Notes under the pieces: model-generated
Told to the model about the DNA's origin: nothing
What the model saw: the letters and a program-made list of their open reading frames with translations, nothing else
The model's database searches: none
DNA from: Planctomycetota bacterium
Lineage (GTDB): Bacteria > Planctomycetota > PLA2 > JAEUHO01
Direction of reading: 5' to 3'
Assembly: GCA_965223505.1 (NCBI GenBank)
Contig: CBDCWP010000012.1
Span: forward strand, 85,524 to 149,523
Length of the DNA: 64,000 nucleotides
Translations under genes and position numbers: made by a program
Part shown: in pieces, positions 8,805 to 19,500 of the stretch
How positions within the stretch are numbered: the stretch's first letter is position 1
How the letters are laid out: each line of letters opens with the position of its first letter

Positions 8805-9938
8805 TTGTCGAAGCTCACGGTCAGCCGCTGGGATGCCTCGCAGCTCGCGTCGGCGGAAGCCGCCTGGACCGAGCTGCTTCTCGCCTCGACCGCCGATCCG
8901 CTGTTCATGAGCTGGGACTGGCAGTCGCTCTGGTGGGCGGTGTTCTCGCGGCAGCCCTACGCCGAAGAGCGCGGGTTCGAGCTGCGGCTTCTGGTCGCCC
9001 ACGACGGGAGCGGGGCGCTTTGCGGCATCGCGCCGCTCTACCGCGAGCGCACGCGCGTTCGGCGCATCCTCAAAGTGCGCCGGTTGCACTTCATCGGCAA
9101 CTGCTGGAACGGCCCCGGCACGGTCCGCACGGAGTATCTGGACTTCATCGCGCCGCGCGGTCGTGAGAGCGAGGTGGCGTGCGCGTTCGTCGACCACCTG
9201 TTCGCGGAGGACGACTGGGACGAGTGGGTGCTCTCGGATCTCGAGCGCGGCAGCGCGACGCATCGCCTGCTGACCGCGCAGGACGTGCGCGGCGCGTTGG
9301 TGCGCGAGGCGAACGCGTTCGACAGCTATCTCGTCGAGACGAGCGACGGATTCGATACGTACCGTGCGGGCCTGAGCAAGAGCACGCGGTCGAAGATGTA
9401 CAACCGGCGCGCGAACCTCGAGCGACACGGGGTCGTCGATCTCCGTCCTGTGGAGGCGTCGGGTCTCGACGAGGCCTTCAGGCGGTTGAACGCGCTGCAC
9501 GAGATTCGTTGGGACATCGGGCTCTACGCAGGGCCGCGCATCGCGTTCCATCGAGAGCTCGCCGCGCGCTTCGCGGCGCGCGACGAGCTGCAACTCTCGC
9601 AGATGACGGTGGGCGGGCGTCTCGTCTCGATGCTGTACGACTTCGGCGTGGGCGCGCGTCGCTACAACGTGCAGTCGGCCTTCGACGAGCGGTTCGACCG
9701 CAAGCTCGCGTTGGGATCGCTGCATCTCGGATACGCCGTCGAAGCCGCGTTCGCCGAGGGTGCCGCCGTCTACGACCTGCTCGAAGGGGGTGGGAAGAAG
9801 ACACAGTTCAAAGCGTCGATCGCGAACGCCCGCCGCCATTCGTCGACGCTGCAGGTCGTGCGATCGGCGAAGCTCAAGGCGGCCTACCGCCTGTACGACC
9901 GCGTGCGTGGGTCGAAGCGCCCGCGCGACGAGATGTAG
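8805..9938 (+). CDS. GNAT family acetyltransferase (Acetyltransf_6, CelD/BcsL-like)
   Basis: W.EL...PLFMSWDW..W, GIAPL, EYLDFI, FHRELA, YDLLEGG...FK. Confidence 0.85.
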   Translation: MSKLTVSRWDASQLASAEAAWTELLLASTADPLFMSWDWQSLWWAVFSRQPYAEERGFELRLLVAHDGSGALCGIAPLYRERTRVRRILKVRRLHFIGNCWNGPGTVRTEYLDFIAPRGRESEVACAFVDHLFAEDDWDEWVLSDLERGSATHRLLTAQDVRGALVREANAFDSYLVETSDGFDTYRAGLSKSTRSKMYNRRANLERHGVVDLRPVEASGLDEAFRRLNALHEIRWDIGLYAGPRIAFHRELAARFAARDELQLSQMTVGGRLVSMLYDFGVGARRYNVQSAFDERFDRKLALGSLHLGYAVEAAFAEGAAVYDLLEGGGKKTQFKASIANARRHSSTLQVVRSAKLKAAYRLYDRVRGSKRPRDEM

Positions 9939-9944
9939 CCGACG

Positions 9945-9979
9945 AAAAAAAGGCCCGCCGGCGTGAGCCGACGGGCCTT
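9945..9979 (-). terminator. Intrinsic terminator between the convergent GNAT and beta-barrel genes
   Basis: Hairpin AAGGCCCGCCGGC-GTGA-GCCGACGGGCCTT preceded by A7, which is a U-tract on the minus strand. Confidence 0.85.
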
Positions 9980-10002
9980 CGAAGTTCGTTCTCGCGTGTG
10001 AG

Positions 10003-11265
10003 CTAGAAGTTGAAGTTCACACCCAGGAAGAAGCTGTGGACGATCAGCTGATCGGTGTCCTGCTTCGCCTGGACCGCGCCGGTGACGGCGTTGCCGAAGT
10101 CCATCGCGTCGTGCGCGCGAAGGACGCTGTCCAGGAAGAAGAAGTTGTAGCCGGCCGTAACCGCGATGCGCGGCGTCAGGCGCAGCTTCACGCCGATGTC
10201 GGCATCGATGCCCCAGACGATCTCTTCGTCCTCCGACGAGGCCGAGTGCGAGCCGCCGGCGAAGATGTTCGCGTCGCTCACGTTGGCTTCGCGCGTCATG
10301 TTGCCGATCAAGCCCTTGACCGAGATCGTGAAGGTGATGCGGTCGCTGAGGTCGCGGTGCATCGCGCCGCCGAGCTGCGCGCCGATGAACGAGTTCTCGA
10401 CGTCGCTCGCGACCGAAGCGGGGCCGCCGCCCGGGATGACCGGGTTGGCGAAGGCGCCCGTGAGCTCTTCGTCGAAGCGCGCGTAGCGGATGCCGAGCAT
10501 GATGTCCCAGCGCGTGCAGCCCTCGCAGGCCAGCTCGGTCCACCAGTTGGCCTCACCGCTGAACAGGTCGGCTTCGGACTCGACCGACAGGGCGTTCGCG
10601 ACCGTCACGTTGCCGTTCGCCGGCCCCGGGCCGAAGGGACCCGCCGCGAAACCGAAGCGACCGTTGCTGACCGTGTCGTCGTCCCAGGAACCGTTGTAGG
10701 TGCCGCGAAGCTCGAGCGCTTCCTGCGGGCCGATCCAGTAGCGCGCCGTAACGCGACCGCCGAACGTCCACCCGTAGTCGAGGTCGTCGTAGCTCAGCTG
10801 CGGCGTGGGCGGCGGGAAGCCGGGCGGGACCGCGAGTCCGAACGGACCCTCGGGCGCTTCGAAGATGCCGGCCATGCCTTCGAGCGTGATCTCACGGCAG
10901 CCGTAGCGGTTGCCGCACCAATCCAACGGCCAGCAGCAGTTGTCGCGGCGCTGTCCACACGGAGCGGTGCAGTCCGACGCCGACAAGTTGACGCGCGGTT
11001 GCGCGACGATCGGCGCTGCCGGAGCGGGCGCGGGTTCGTACTCGATGACGACGGGCGGCGGCTCTTCGACGGCGGGCGTCTCTTCGATCGGCGCCGGTAC
11101 CTCGTCCTCGGGATACGGCAGGCCCGAGTAGTCGTTGGCCGGCGCGCTACCGAAGCCCGATGCGAGCGGCGGCGGCGGCGGCGGCGGAAGGTCGTCCGCG
11201 AAAGTCGCGTCTGCGACCCCCGTGAGCAGGAGCGCACACAGGGCAAGCGTTGCTACGAAGCGCAT
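10003..11265 (-). CDS. Outer-membrane beta-barrel protein, BBP7-like
   Basis: Signal peptide MRFVATLAL..., Pro/Cys-rich N-terminus, GIRYARFDEEL, VENSFIGAQLG, AGYNFFFLDSV.RA, C-terminal FFLGVNFNF beta-signal. Confidence 0.8.
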   Translation of the reverse strand: MRFVATLALCALLLTGVADATFADDLPPPPPPPLASGFGSAPANDYSGLPYPEDEVPAPIEETPAVEEPPPVVIEYEPAPAPAAPIVAQPRVNLSASDCTAPCGQRRDNCCWPLDWCGNRYGCREITLEGMAGIFEAPEGPFGLAVPPGFPPPTPQLSYDDLDYGWTFGGRVTARYWIGPQEALELRGTYNGSWDDDTVSNGRFGFAAGPFGPGPANGNVTVANALSVESEADLFSGEANWWTELACEGCTRWDIMLGIRYARFDEELTGAFANPVIPGGGPASVASDVENSFIGAQLGGAMHRDLSDRITFTISVKGLIGNMTREANVSDANIFAGGSHSASSEDEEIVWGIDADIGVKLRLTPRIAVTAGYNFFFLDSVLRAHDAMDFGNAVTGAVQAKQDTDQLIVHSFFLGVNFNF

Positions 11266-11501
11266 GGGTTCATCCCTCCCCGACACCGATGCGACCTGGC
11301 GAAACCCAGTCCCTCCCGGGTGCACCACCGGTGTTCTGTCGTCAAAAGCTAGGGGTTCGGAGGGCAGGATGCAAGGTCCCGCAGGGTTCCCCGCGCGCCT
11401 TTCTTCCTACGGGCCGAACATCGCGCTGCGGCCGCGGCCCCGCTGGCCGTAAGTGGCTTGTAAACCGAGGCAGGAATCCGGCCGAACCCGCAGCTTCTAC
11501 G

Positions 11502-11530
11502 TTGCCCGTGAGAGGCCATTGTCCTACCCT
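11502..11530 (+). promoter_or_regulatory. Putative sigma-70-type promoter TTGCCC-N17-TACCCT
   Basis: Identical hexamers and spacing recur upstream of the paralog at 16418-16446. Confidence 0.65.
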
Positions 11531-11580
11531 CTCGGCCGGTAGGGATGAGCCCAGAGTTTCCTATGGTGGGAGGTATCACC

Positions 11581-14500
11581 ATGCGGCGTATTGGCCTCAG
11601 CGCGGTTGCGCTCTTTCTCGTTGTCGGTCTGCTCGGCTGTGCGGGCGGTGAAGAGAACGTTCTCGGCCTCGGAACGATCACGATCACGGCGTACACGAGC
11701 CCGACGCCGGCCCTGATTTCCGAGATCGACACGATCACCGGAACCGGCTTCAGCGAGATCGTGGGGGTGCCCTGCACGGTGCGCTACACGGCCTCGACGG
11801 GCCAGCCGTTCCTCGGCGGCGGCTCCACCATGGTGGACGTGATCGGCACGGTCACCTCGCCGACGACCGTCGAGGTGCAGAGCCCCGAGGTCGTGATCTG
11901 CGGTCCGGCCTCGATCTCGGCGTTCGTGACGGTGATCCTGCCGAGTGGCGTGTTCGGCACGTCCGCGGCACCCATCGCGATCTTCGAGGCGCCGACCGCC
12001 GTCAGCATCAACAACGACGTCATGGGCGGCACCGCGTTCCCCGCGGCGATCCCGACGGCGTTCACGATCACCGGTACGGGCTACGCGCCGGTCGGCGGCA
12101 CGGTGGACATCCACTGGACGGCCGCGGCGTCGATCTTCAACCTCGGTGGCTCGACCGACGTGACCACGACGGGCGTGATCGCTTCGTCGACGACCATCAT
12201 GGGGGTCTCGCCCGAAGCGCAGGTGTGCGGCGTGGCGTCGGTCGGGGCCGTCGTCGATCGCGTCGAGTTCCCGAACCAGACCTGTACGCCGGTCGGCACC
12301 TCGATCGCGGTGTCGTTCACCGCGCCGACCTACACGGCCATCGCCAACACCGGCGGTGTGCTCGCGGGCCCCGCGTTCGACGCGGCGGTTCCGGAGCCGT
12401 TCACGATCGTCGGCACGGGCTTCGGCCCGACCGGCGGTACGGCGCAGATCACGATGACGACCGGCAACGGCGGCACCACGCCGTTCTCGGCCGGTAGCTC
12501 CGCGACCGTCACCGTTCTCGGCAACATCACCAGCTCGACGACGATCACCGGCGTGAGCCCGCTCTCGTTGCTGTGCCCGCCCGGAACCCCGCCGATCGAT
12601 CCGACGACGTTGATCATCACCGTCCCGAACGGGAGCTGCACGCTGCCGGGCGCCGGCGCCGTGTTCAGCGCGCCGACCGTCGCGTTCACGACGAACCTCA
12701 GCACCGTGGGCTTGCACGCGGGCACGAGCGCGCCCGGTCAGTTTGCCGCCGCGGTGCCGGAACCCTTCCGTGTCACCGGCACCGGCTTCGGCCCGGTGGG
12801 CGGGACCGCCATGGTGCTTTGGCAGAACAATGCCGCGCTCCTGCCGCCGCCGTTCGAGGCCGGCACGTCCAACACGATCCTCGTCCCGGCGACCATCGTT
12901 TCTCGGACGACCATCGAGGGCATCAGCCCCGAAGCGGCGTTCTGCTCCCCGACGCTTCCGGATGGGGCCGGCTTCCTGCACACGGTGACGATGCCCGACG
13001 GTGCGTGTTCGCTACTTTCGGGGTTCCCGTTGGGCTTCACGATCGTCCATCCGCCGATCATCACGGCGGTCACCAATGACAACACGGCGGCGCCCTCGTT
13101 CCAGGCGACGAACACCGAGCCGTTCACGGTCACGGGCGACGACTTCGGTCCGATCGGCGGCACCGCGTTCGTTACCTTCACCAGCACGAGTGCCGCGCCG
13201 GCCGACCTGCCGTTCCGTACGCCGGGGCCCAGCGCGACCATCACGGTCGAGGGCACGATCACGTCGCGCACGACGATCGCGGTGGGTGGGAGTCCGCTTG
13301 CGACGCTGATTCCGGTGCTCGATGCCGGTGCCGGCACGAACTGCGAGTTCTTGAATGCGACCACGAGAACGGACATCCTCCTGGAGGGAGGCTCCTGCAA
13401 CTCTCCCGTGGTCGCGCCCGTGGTGGCGACGTTCACCGGCCCGTCCATGACAAGCGTCGATCCTGCGGGTTCCGCGCCTGCCGCGGCGCCGACGGACGTC
13501 GTCTCGACGATCCTGCTCGGTCAGACGGATCCCGAGGAGTTCGTGATCACCGGTACGGGCTTCGGTCCGGTGCTCTCGATCGCGATGGTCACGTTCGAAG
13601 ACGAGATCACCGGCGCCGCCGTGACGGTGCCGGGGCTCGTGACGAGCACGACGACGATCGAGGGTGACCTGCCCGTCGATCCGTTCGGCGTGCGGCTGAG
13701 CGAGGACATCGACGTGCGCGTCCGCGCGTCGTTCTTCAACGGCAGCCTCACGTACTGCAACAACGCCGTCAACTTCGTCGCCCCGCCGACGATCACGTCG
13801 GTCGCGGTCACGGCGCCCGGCAACCGCGGTCCGTTCAACCAGGCTGCGCCCGCGGCGATCCTGCCGAACACGTGGCTGGCCTGCATCGGCTGCGACACGA
13901 CGATCTCGGGCAACGGCTTCGATCCGTTGATCACCGACCTGTGGTTCGACACCGCGGTCGGCGACACCGACGCGATCGGCGCGGGCCTGCTCGGCACCAT
14001 CCCGGAGCCGACGGCCACGGCGCCGGGACCCGGCACCGCCCGCAGCGTGACGGACAACGTGTTCCCGACGGCCGACACCATCAATGGGTTGAGCCCGACG
14101 GACTCCACGCTGACCGCGGACACCGCGGCCACGGTGCGCGTCGTCAACCCCGACATGCAGTTCGACGAGGCCCCCGGCCAGACCTTCGCGGTCACCGGCG
14201 CGCTGCCGAACGTGAACAGCACGATGGACGGCGGGACCAACGCGGAGTGCAACATCGCGGTGAACCCGACGAATCCGTTGAACGCATGCATGCTCTCGCA
14301 CGACTCGACGGGCGGCTTCGCCAGCGTGCGGCACTCGTACACGTTCGACGGCGGCGACACCTGGGTCACGTTCAACATCGGCGGCGGCGCGACGGCCGCG
14401 CCCGACCCGTTCCCGGCGTTGGGCTTCCGCTTCGACCCGGTCTGCGGGTTCGATGACTTCGGCAACTACTTCGCCGTATACGGCGTCGGTGACGGGACGC

Positions 14501-15627
14501 GAGACAACGCGGGCGTCATCGGGACGTACTTCGTCATCGTGCAGCGCAGCTCCGACGGCGGCCTCACGTTCGACACGGCCCTCGCGGCGCCGTGGAACGC
14601 CGGAGAAGGCACCGACCGCTGGAACTCCGACACCGGCAAGGACGGCGGCATCCTCGGCAACCAGGCCATCTACGTCGGCGGCATGGACCTGTTCGGCACC
14701 GGCGCTCTCGGCCCCGCCGGCGGCTTCGACGTGATCTGCAGCGGCTTCAGCGTCGCGCCCGGCGGCGGCCCGAACGGCGAGGGCGGCGCGCTCTCGGCGT
14801 TCGCGAGCCCGAGCGGGGCCGGCTACGAGGTCGTCAACGACTTCGGGCCGCTGACCGACATCCTGCAGCACCCCGCCGTCTCGGTCGGTCCGAACGGCGA
14901 GGTCTACATGTCGTGGGTGGACTTCGACCGCTTCGGCGCGAAGGCCATTGCGGGTCTGAGCGAGATCCTGTTCGACGCGGATCCGGACGGCCTGAACGGC
15001 GTCGTCTTCGGATTCGGCACCGACCTGGCCGTGGCCGACAGCCTCTTCGGGTTCTTCGTTCCGATTCCGGCGCAGGCGGAGCGCGGCTACAGCGTGATTC
15101 CGATGCACCGCGTGATGCGCGCCGGTCCCAACGCGGGCCGCGTCGTGCTCACGTACACCGGTCTGGACGAGGAGGCACTGGCCAACTTCGGCATCACCGA
15201 CACGAACGTGCTCACGGTGTCGACCGACAGCGACGGCTTGATCTGGACGGCGCCCGCGCTGGTCCACCCGGTGGACTTCAACGATCAGTTCCATCCCTGG
15301 CTGGCAGCCGACCGCGTCACCGGCAACGTGTACGTGAACTGGTACAGCACCGAGAACGACATCGGCAACCAGATCACGGAACGGTACGGGTCCGCGAGCG
15401 GCAACGGCACCACGTGGAGCTCGCAGCTCCTGCTCTCGCAGGGGACGAGCGACGCCGTGCCGGGCGGTGGCAACGACTACCTGGAGTACAACGGCGTAGA
15501 CGCCCATGACGGCTGTGTCTACGGCTGCTGGGCCGACAACTCGAACTTCACGGGCGACAACCCGAACGGTGCGGGTCCCGGCGACGGCATGAACATCTAC
15601 GTCAGCGTCTACATGCAGAAGCCCTAG
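11581..15627 (+). CDS. Giant surface lipoprotein (1348 aa): ~7 IPT/TIG-like repeats plus C-terminal Asp-box (BNR/sialidase-like) beta-propeller
   Basis: GGAGGT RBS; lipobox LLGC; repeated FTITGTGFGPxGG...TITSxTTI.G.SP units; Asp-boxes SYTFDGGDTW, RSSDGGLTF, STDSDGLIW, ASGNGTTW. Confidence 0.85.
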   Translation: MRRIGLSAVALFLVVGLLGCAGGEENVLGLGTITITAYTSPTPALISEIDTITGTGFSEIVGVPCTVRYTASTGQPFLGGGSTMVDVIGTVTSPTTVEVQSPEVVICGPASISAFVTVILPSGVFGTSAAPIAIFEAPTAVSINNDVMGGTAFPAAIPTAFTITGTGYAPVGGTVDIHWTAAASIFNLGGSTDVTTTGVIASSTTIMGVSPEAQVCGVASVGAVVDRVEFPNQTCTPVGTSIAVSFTAPTYTAIANTGGVLAGPAFDAAVPEPFTIVGTGFGPTGGTAQITMTTGNGGTTPFSAGSSATVTVLGNITSSTTITGVSPLSLLCPPGTPPIDPTTLIITVPNGSCTLPGAGAVFSAPTVAFTTNLSTVGLHAGTSAPGQFAAAVPEPFRVTGTGFGPVGGTAMVLWQNNAALLPPPFEAGTSNTILVPATIVSRTTIEGISPEAAFCSPTLPDGAGFLHTVTMPDGACSLLSGFPLGFTIVHPPIITAVTNDNTAAPSFQATNTEPFTVTGDDFGPIGGTAFVTFTSTSAAPADLPFRTPGPSATITVEGTITSRTTIAVGGSPLATLIPVLDAGAGTNCEFLNATTRTDILLEGGSCNSPVVAPVVATFTGPSMTSVDPAGSAPAAAPTDVVSTILLGQTDPEEFVITGTGFGPVLSIAMVTFEDEITGAAVTVPGLVTSTTTIEGDLPVDPFGVRLSEDIDVRVRASFFNGSLTYCNNAVNFVAPPTITSVAVTAPGNRGPFNQAAPAAILPNTWLACIGCDTTISGNGFDPLITDLWFDTAVGDTDAIGAGLLGTIPEPTATAPGPGTARSVTDNVFPTADTINGLSPTDSTLTADTAATVRVVNPDMQFDEAPGQTFAVTGALPNVNSTMDGGTNAECNIAVNPTNPLNACMLSHDSTGGFASVRHSYTFDGGDTWVTFNIGGGATAAPDPFPALGFRFDPVCGFDDFGNYFAVYGVGDGTRDNAGVIGTYFVIVQRSSDGGLTFDTALAAPWNAGEGTDRWNSDTGKDGGILGNQAIYVGGMDLFGTGALGPAGGFDVICSGFSVAPGGGPNGEGGALSAFASPSGAGYEVVNDFGPLTDILQHPAVSVGPNGEVYMSWVDFDRFGAKAIAGLSEILFDADPDGLNGVVFGFGTDLAVADSLFGFFVPIPAQAERGYSVIPMHRVMRAGPNAGRVVLTYTGLDEEALANFGITDTNVLTVSTDSDGLIWTAPALVHPVDFNDQFHPWLAADRVTGNVYVNWYSTENDIGNQITERYGSASGNGTTWSSQLLLSQGTSDAVPGGGNDYLEYNGVDAHDGCVYGCWADNSNFTGDNPNGAGPGDGMNIYVSVYMQKP

Positions 15628-15656
15628 GGTTTCCTGCACAGGATCGATCCAACCGT

Positions 15657-15683
15657 GCGGCGCGCCCTCTCGGGGCGCGCCGC
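15657..15683 (+). terminator. GC-rich hairpin after lipoprotein 1 (possible terminator)
   Basis: 11-bp stem GCGGCGCGCCC-TCTCG-GGGCGCGCCGC with only a weak U-tract. Confidence 0.55.
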
Positions 15684-15711
15684 GCTTCGTTCCGGGCCTA
15701 TACTGCTTGCC

Positions 15712-16338
15712 ATGCGTGCCACCGACCTCCTCCTGAACCTCGTCGTCGTCGTCGTCGCGCTCGGCGTCTACCACGTGTTCTTCGCCCCTGCCCCGGCCGA
15801 GCCGATCGACGGTTCCGGCGTCGAGGACGGCGCCGACAGCGGAGGCCGCGCCGGGCTCGGCGCCGGTGAGGTCGAGCGCACGCTGCGGCGCATCGACGAG
15901 CGGCTCACCGCGCTCGAGAGCTCCGGCGCCACGGATGCGCCGCGCCGCACGGAACGTGCATTGAGCGAAGGCGACATCGAGTACTGGCAGGAAGTGCTCA
16001 AGGAGATCCGCTCCCGCGAGGCCGCGGCGCGCGATCGCGTTCGCCACGTCGCTGTCGTGAGGCGGCTTCACCCCGACATCAGCGAGCAGGATCTCGAGCG
16101 CGCGGTCGACATGATTCAGGCGTTCTACGCCGACGTGCGGCGCCTGTATGCGGAAGCGGGCCCGCTCGATGCCGATTCGCGTCGCGCGGTGCAGCTCCAG
16201 GTGGATCAGCTCATCGCGCAGGCGGAGACGGACCTGCGAACCGTGCTCCCGGACGAGGTCGTCGCCAAGATCCGAGGAACGCTGCCGGGAGGATCGCGTC
16301 CAGCCGTCACCGGAACCGATCCGGGCCCCGGCCGTTAG
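15712..16338 (+). CDS. Membrane-anchored coiled-coil hypothetical protein (208 aa)
   Basis: MRATDLLLNLVVVVVALGVYHVFF TM anchor, LRRIDERLTALE coil; TATACT box 7 nt upstream; resembles 20166-20852. Confidence 0.8.
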   Translation: MRATDLLLNLVVVVVALGVYHVFFAPAPAEPIDGSGVEDGADSGGRAGLGAGEVERTLRRIDERLTALESSGATDAPRRTERALSEGDIEYWQEVLKEIRSREAAARDRVRHVAVVRRLHPDISEQDLERAVDMIQAFYADVRRLYAEAGPLDADSRRAVQLQVDQLIAQAETDLRTVLPDEVVAKIRGTLPGGSRPAVTGTDPGPGR

Positions 16339-16417
16339 GACGAACGTCGCCCCCAGCGGGAGGGCCGCGTCGCGTCGGGTGGTTCGCATCCGATGCGTCC
16401 GTCGTTTCGGGTCCCCA

Positions 16418-16446
16418 TTGCCCGTGTCCTTGCGATTGCCTACCCT
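16418..16446 (+). promoter_or_regulatory. Putative sigma-70-type promoter TTGCCC-N17-TACCCT (second copy)
   Basis: Same hexamers and spacing as 11502-11530. Confidence 0.65.
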
Positions 16447-16505
16447 GGGCGGGCTGGGGTTCCTAGGGGGGGTGCCCTCGCGTTGACTTCCGAGGGAGGG
16501 CGAAC

Positions 16506-19500
16506 ATGGACCGTGTTGGCATCGGCGCCGTTGCGCTGTTGGTTGCGTTTGGATTGCTCGGTGGTTGCGCCGGCGGGGAGGAGGCCGTTCTCGGCCTCGG
16601 CACGCTGACGGTCACGGGCTACTCGAGTCCGACCCCGGCTCTCATTCCGGAGATCGACACGATCACGGGCGCCGGGTTTCAGGAACTGGTCGGCACCCCC
16701 TGCACCGTGCGCTACACGGCGGTCGGCGGCGCAACGATCTTCGACGGCGGCCGCTCCGACACGGTGGACGTCATCGGCACCATCACGTCGCCGACGACCT
16801 GCCAGTGCACGTCACCCATCGCCGACATCTGCGGTCCGACGAGCGTATTCGCGTTCGTGACGATCATCCTTCCGAGCGGCGTCTTCGGCACCTCGACGGT
16901 CCCGATCGCCGAGTTCGTGGCGCCGACCGCGGTCTCCATCGCCGGGCCCGGGGGCGGTACCGTGTTTCCGGCGGCCGTTCCGAGCGCCTTCGTCATCACG
17001 GGCACGGGCTTCGGGCCGATCGGCGGCGAAGTCTCCATCACGTGGACCAGCGGCAGCGCTCTGTTCGAGGCGGGTGCCAGCCAGACCACGCAAACGAAGG
17101 GGATCATCACCAGCGCGACGACGATCGCCGGCGTCAGCCCGCTCGCGCTCGTATGCGGTGTCGCGTCGATCGCGGCGAGCATCACGAACGTGCAGTTCGA
17201 CAAGAATACGATCTGCACGCCCACCGGAACGAACATCCCCGTCTCGTTCACAGCGCCGACGGTGACGACCGTCTTGAACGCGGGGGTTGCGCCCTACGTC
17301 GGATCGCCCAACTTCGCTGCGGCCGTCGCCGAGCCGTTCACCGTCAACGGCACCGGCTTCGGCCCTCTCGGCGGTACGGTGGAGATCACGTTCAATTCCC
17401 AGGTCGTCGGGCCGGTGTACAACGGCGGCACGTCGCCGACGACGACCGTCTTGGGGACGATCACCTCCTCCTCCACCATCGCCGCCGATTTCAGTCCGCT
17501 ACCAGCGATCTGTACCGCGCCGAGCGATCTGCAGAGCGTCATGGTCACGATGCCGGATGGTGCCTGCTCCCAGCCCACGGGCACCGCGACGTTCATTGCA
17601 CCGACGATCCAGAGCATTGCGAATCTCGACCGGCCGACGCCTCTTCGTTTCTCGTTTTTCGGTAGGTTCTTCGGAAACATCTCCGATCGGTTCGAGATCG
17701 TCGGAACCGACTTCGGCCCGGTCGGAGGTACGGCGTTCGTGACCTTCACCGTCGACACCGCTCTCAGTCCGGTTCCCGCGACTCCGTTCGAAGGCGGAAC
17801 GAGCCTCACGACGACCGTCGAAGCAACGATCACGTCGCGCACGACGATGGAGGGCATGAGTCCTCTCGCCGTGATCGGACGCGAGCTGACGGATACCAAC
17901 AACACCTCTACCGTCTGCGTCACCGCGGGGTTTTCGACCGACATCAGCTTCGTGCTCGAGGGCGGTAGCTGTCCGCCCGTGCCCCTGAACGATCCCCAGG
18001 GCGGACTCGACTTCGTCGCGCCCGGCCCGGTCTTCAACCCGCTCGGGGTGAACGACGTGCCGTCCACGATTCTCCTCGGGGCCAACGATCCGGAGCCGTT
18101 CACGCTCACGGGCGACGGGTTCGGGCCCCCTGGATCGATCGCCATGGTGACGTTTTCCGACCCGGGCAATGCCGTGTTCAACGGCGCCGACAGCATCACG
18201 GTCCCCGCGGTCGTCACCAACGTGAGCACGCTCAACGGCAGGCTGCCCACGATTACGGCGCCTCGGCTGGCGGAAGACGTGGGCGTGCGCGTCGTGGTGA
18301 CCGTGTTCAACGGAAGCTTCTCGTGGTGCGACCAGGTCGTGAATTTCGTCGCACCGCCCACGATCACGTCGCTGACCTCGACGCGCCAGCCGTTCGATCA
18401 GAACGCGCCGGCCGTGGCGCTGACGACGAGGTGGCTCGGCTGCGTGGGCTCCGACACGACGATCAGCGGCAACGCCTTCGATCCGGCGATCACGGATCTC
18501 TGGTACGACCAGGTGCTGGGGGATGCCTTCCCGATCGGCGCCGGGCTGCTCGGGACGATTCCGGAGCCGACCGCGACCGCCCCCGGGCCGGGCACGCTTC
18601 GCACGGTGACCGACAACTTGTTCCCCGTGGCCGACACCATCAACGGTCTGAGTCCCGTGGACAACACGTTGACCAAGGACACCCTGACCACGCTGCGCGT
18701 CGTCAACCCGGACGGTCAGTTCGACATGCGAACCAGCCTTACCTTCGCGACGACCGGGGTCATGCCGAACGTGAACGCCGGACCGGACGGCGGCGTGAAC
18801 TCCGAGATGCAGATCGCGGTCAACCCGACCAACGTGCTCAACGCGGCGGTCTGCGCGCATGACCTGTCCACCGTGAACGGACAGTTCTCGAACCAGATCT
18901 ACCACTCCTACACGTTGGACGGCGGCGACACCTGGGTGCAGTTCCCGATCGGACCGGATACGACAGCCGCGCCCGACGGCCTCGGCCCCGCGCCGCGCGT
19001 TTTCCGGTTCGACCCGATGTGCGCGTTCGACGCCTTCGGAAACTACTACGCGATCTATCTCGCCGACGACAACGAGGACGAGAGCACGCGCTTCTGCGTC
19101 GCGCAGCAGAGCGCCGACGGCGGTGCGTCGTTCGGCAACGTGCGGTTGATGGCGTTCCCAGCCGTACCGGGGCTGGATCGCGAGACCGTTGCCACCGGGC
19201 CCGATGCGGCGGTGCCGGGCAACCAGGCCGTGTACGTCGGTATCGAGGACCTCGGCACGCAGGACCAACTGTGTGCGGGCTTCACGGTGCCCGGGCTGGG
19301 CTTGATCGGAGCGGACTACCCATCCGTCATCGTCAACGACGGCGCTCCGGTAGGTGGGTTCGCGCACGCAACGCCGTCCGTGGGGCCGAACGGGGAGCTG
19401 TACTTCAGCTTCATCGAGTCGAGCGGCATCTGGCCTGCGGCGACGACCTCGACGATCTGGTTCGACACGGACATCGACGGTCTCGGCGGCGCCGCATTCA

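Noticed and set aside
13012..16389. 1125-aa minus-strand ORF and many similar long antisense or alternate-frame ORFs
   Set aside because: Shadow ORFs typical of high-GC DNA; they overlap well-supported genes, are R/A/G-rich and carry no motifs.
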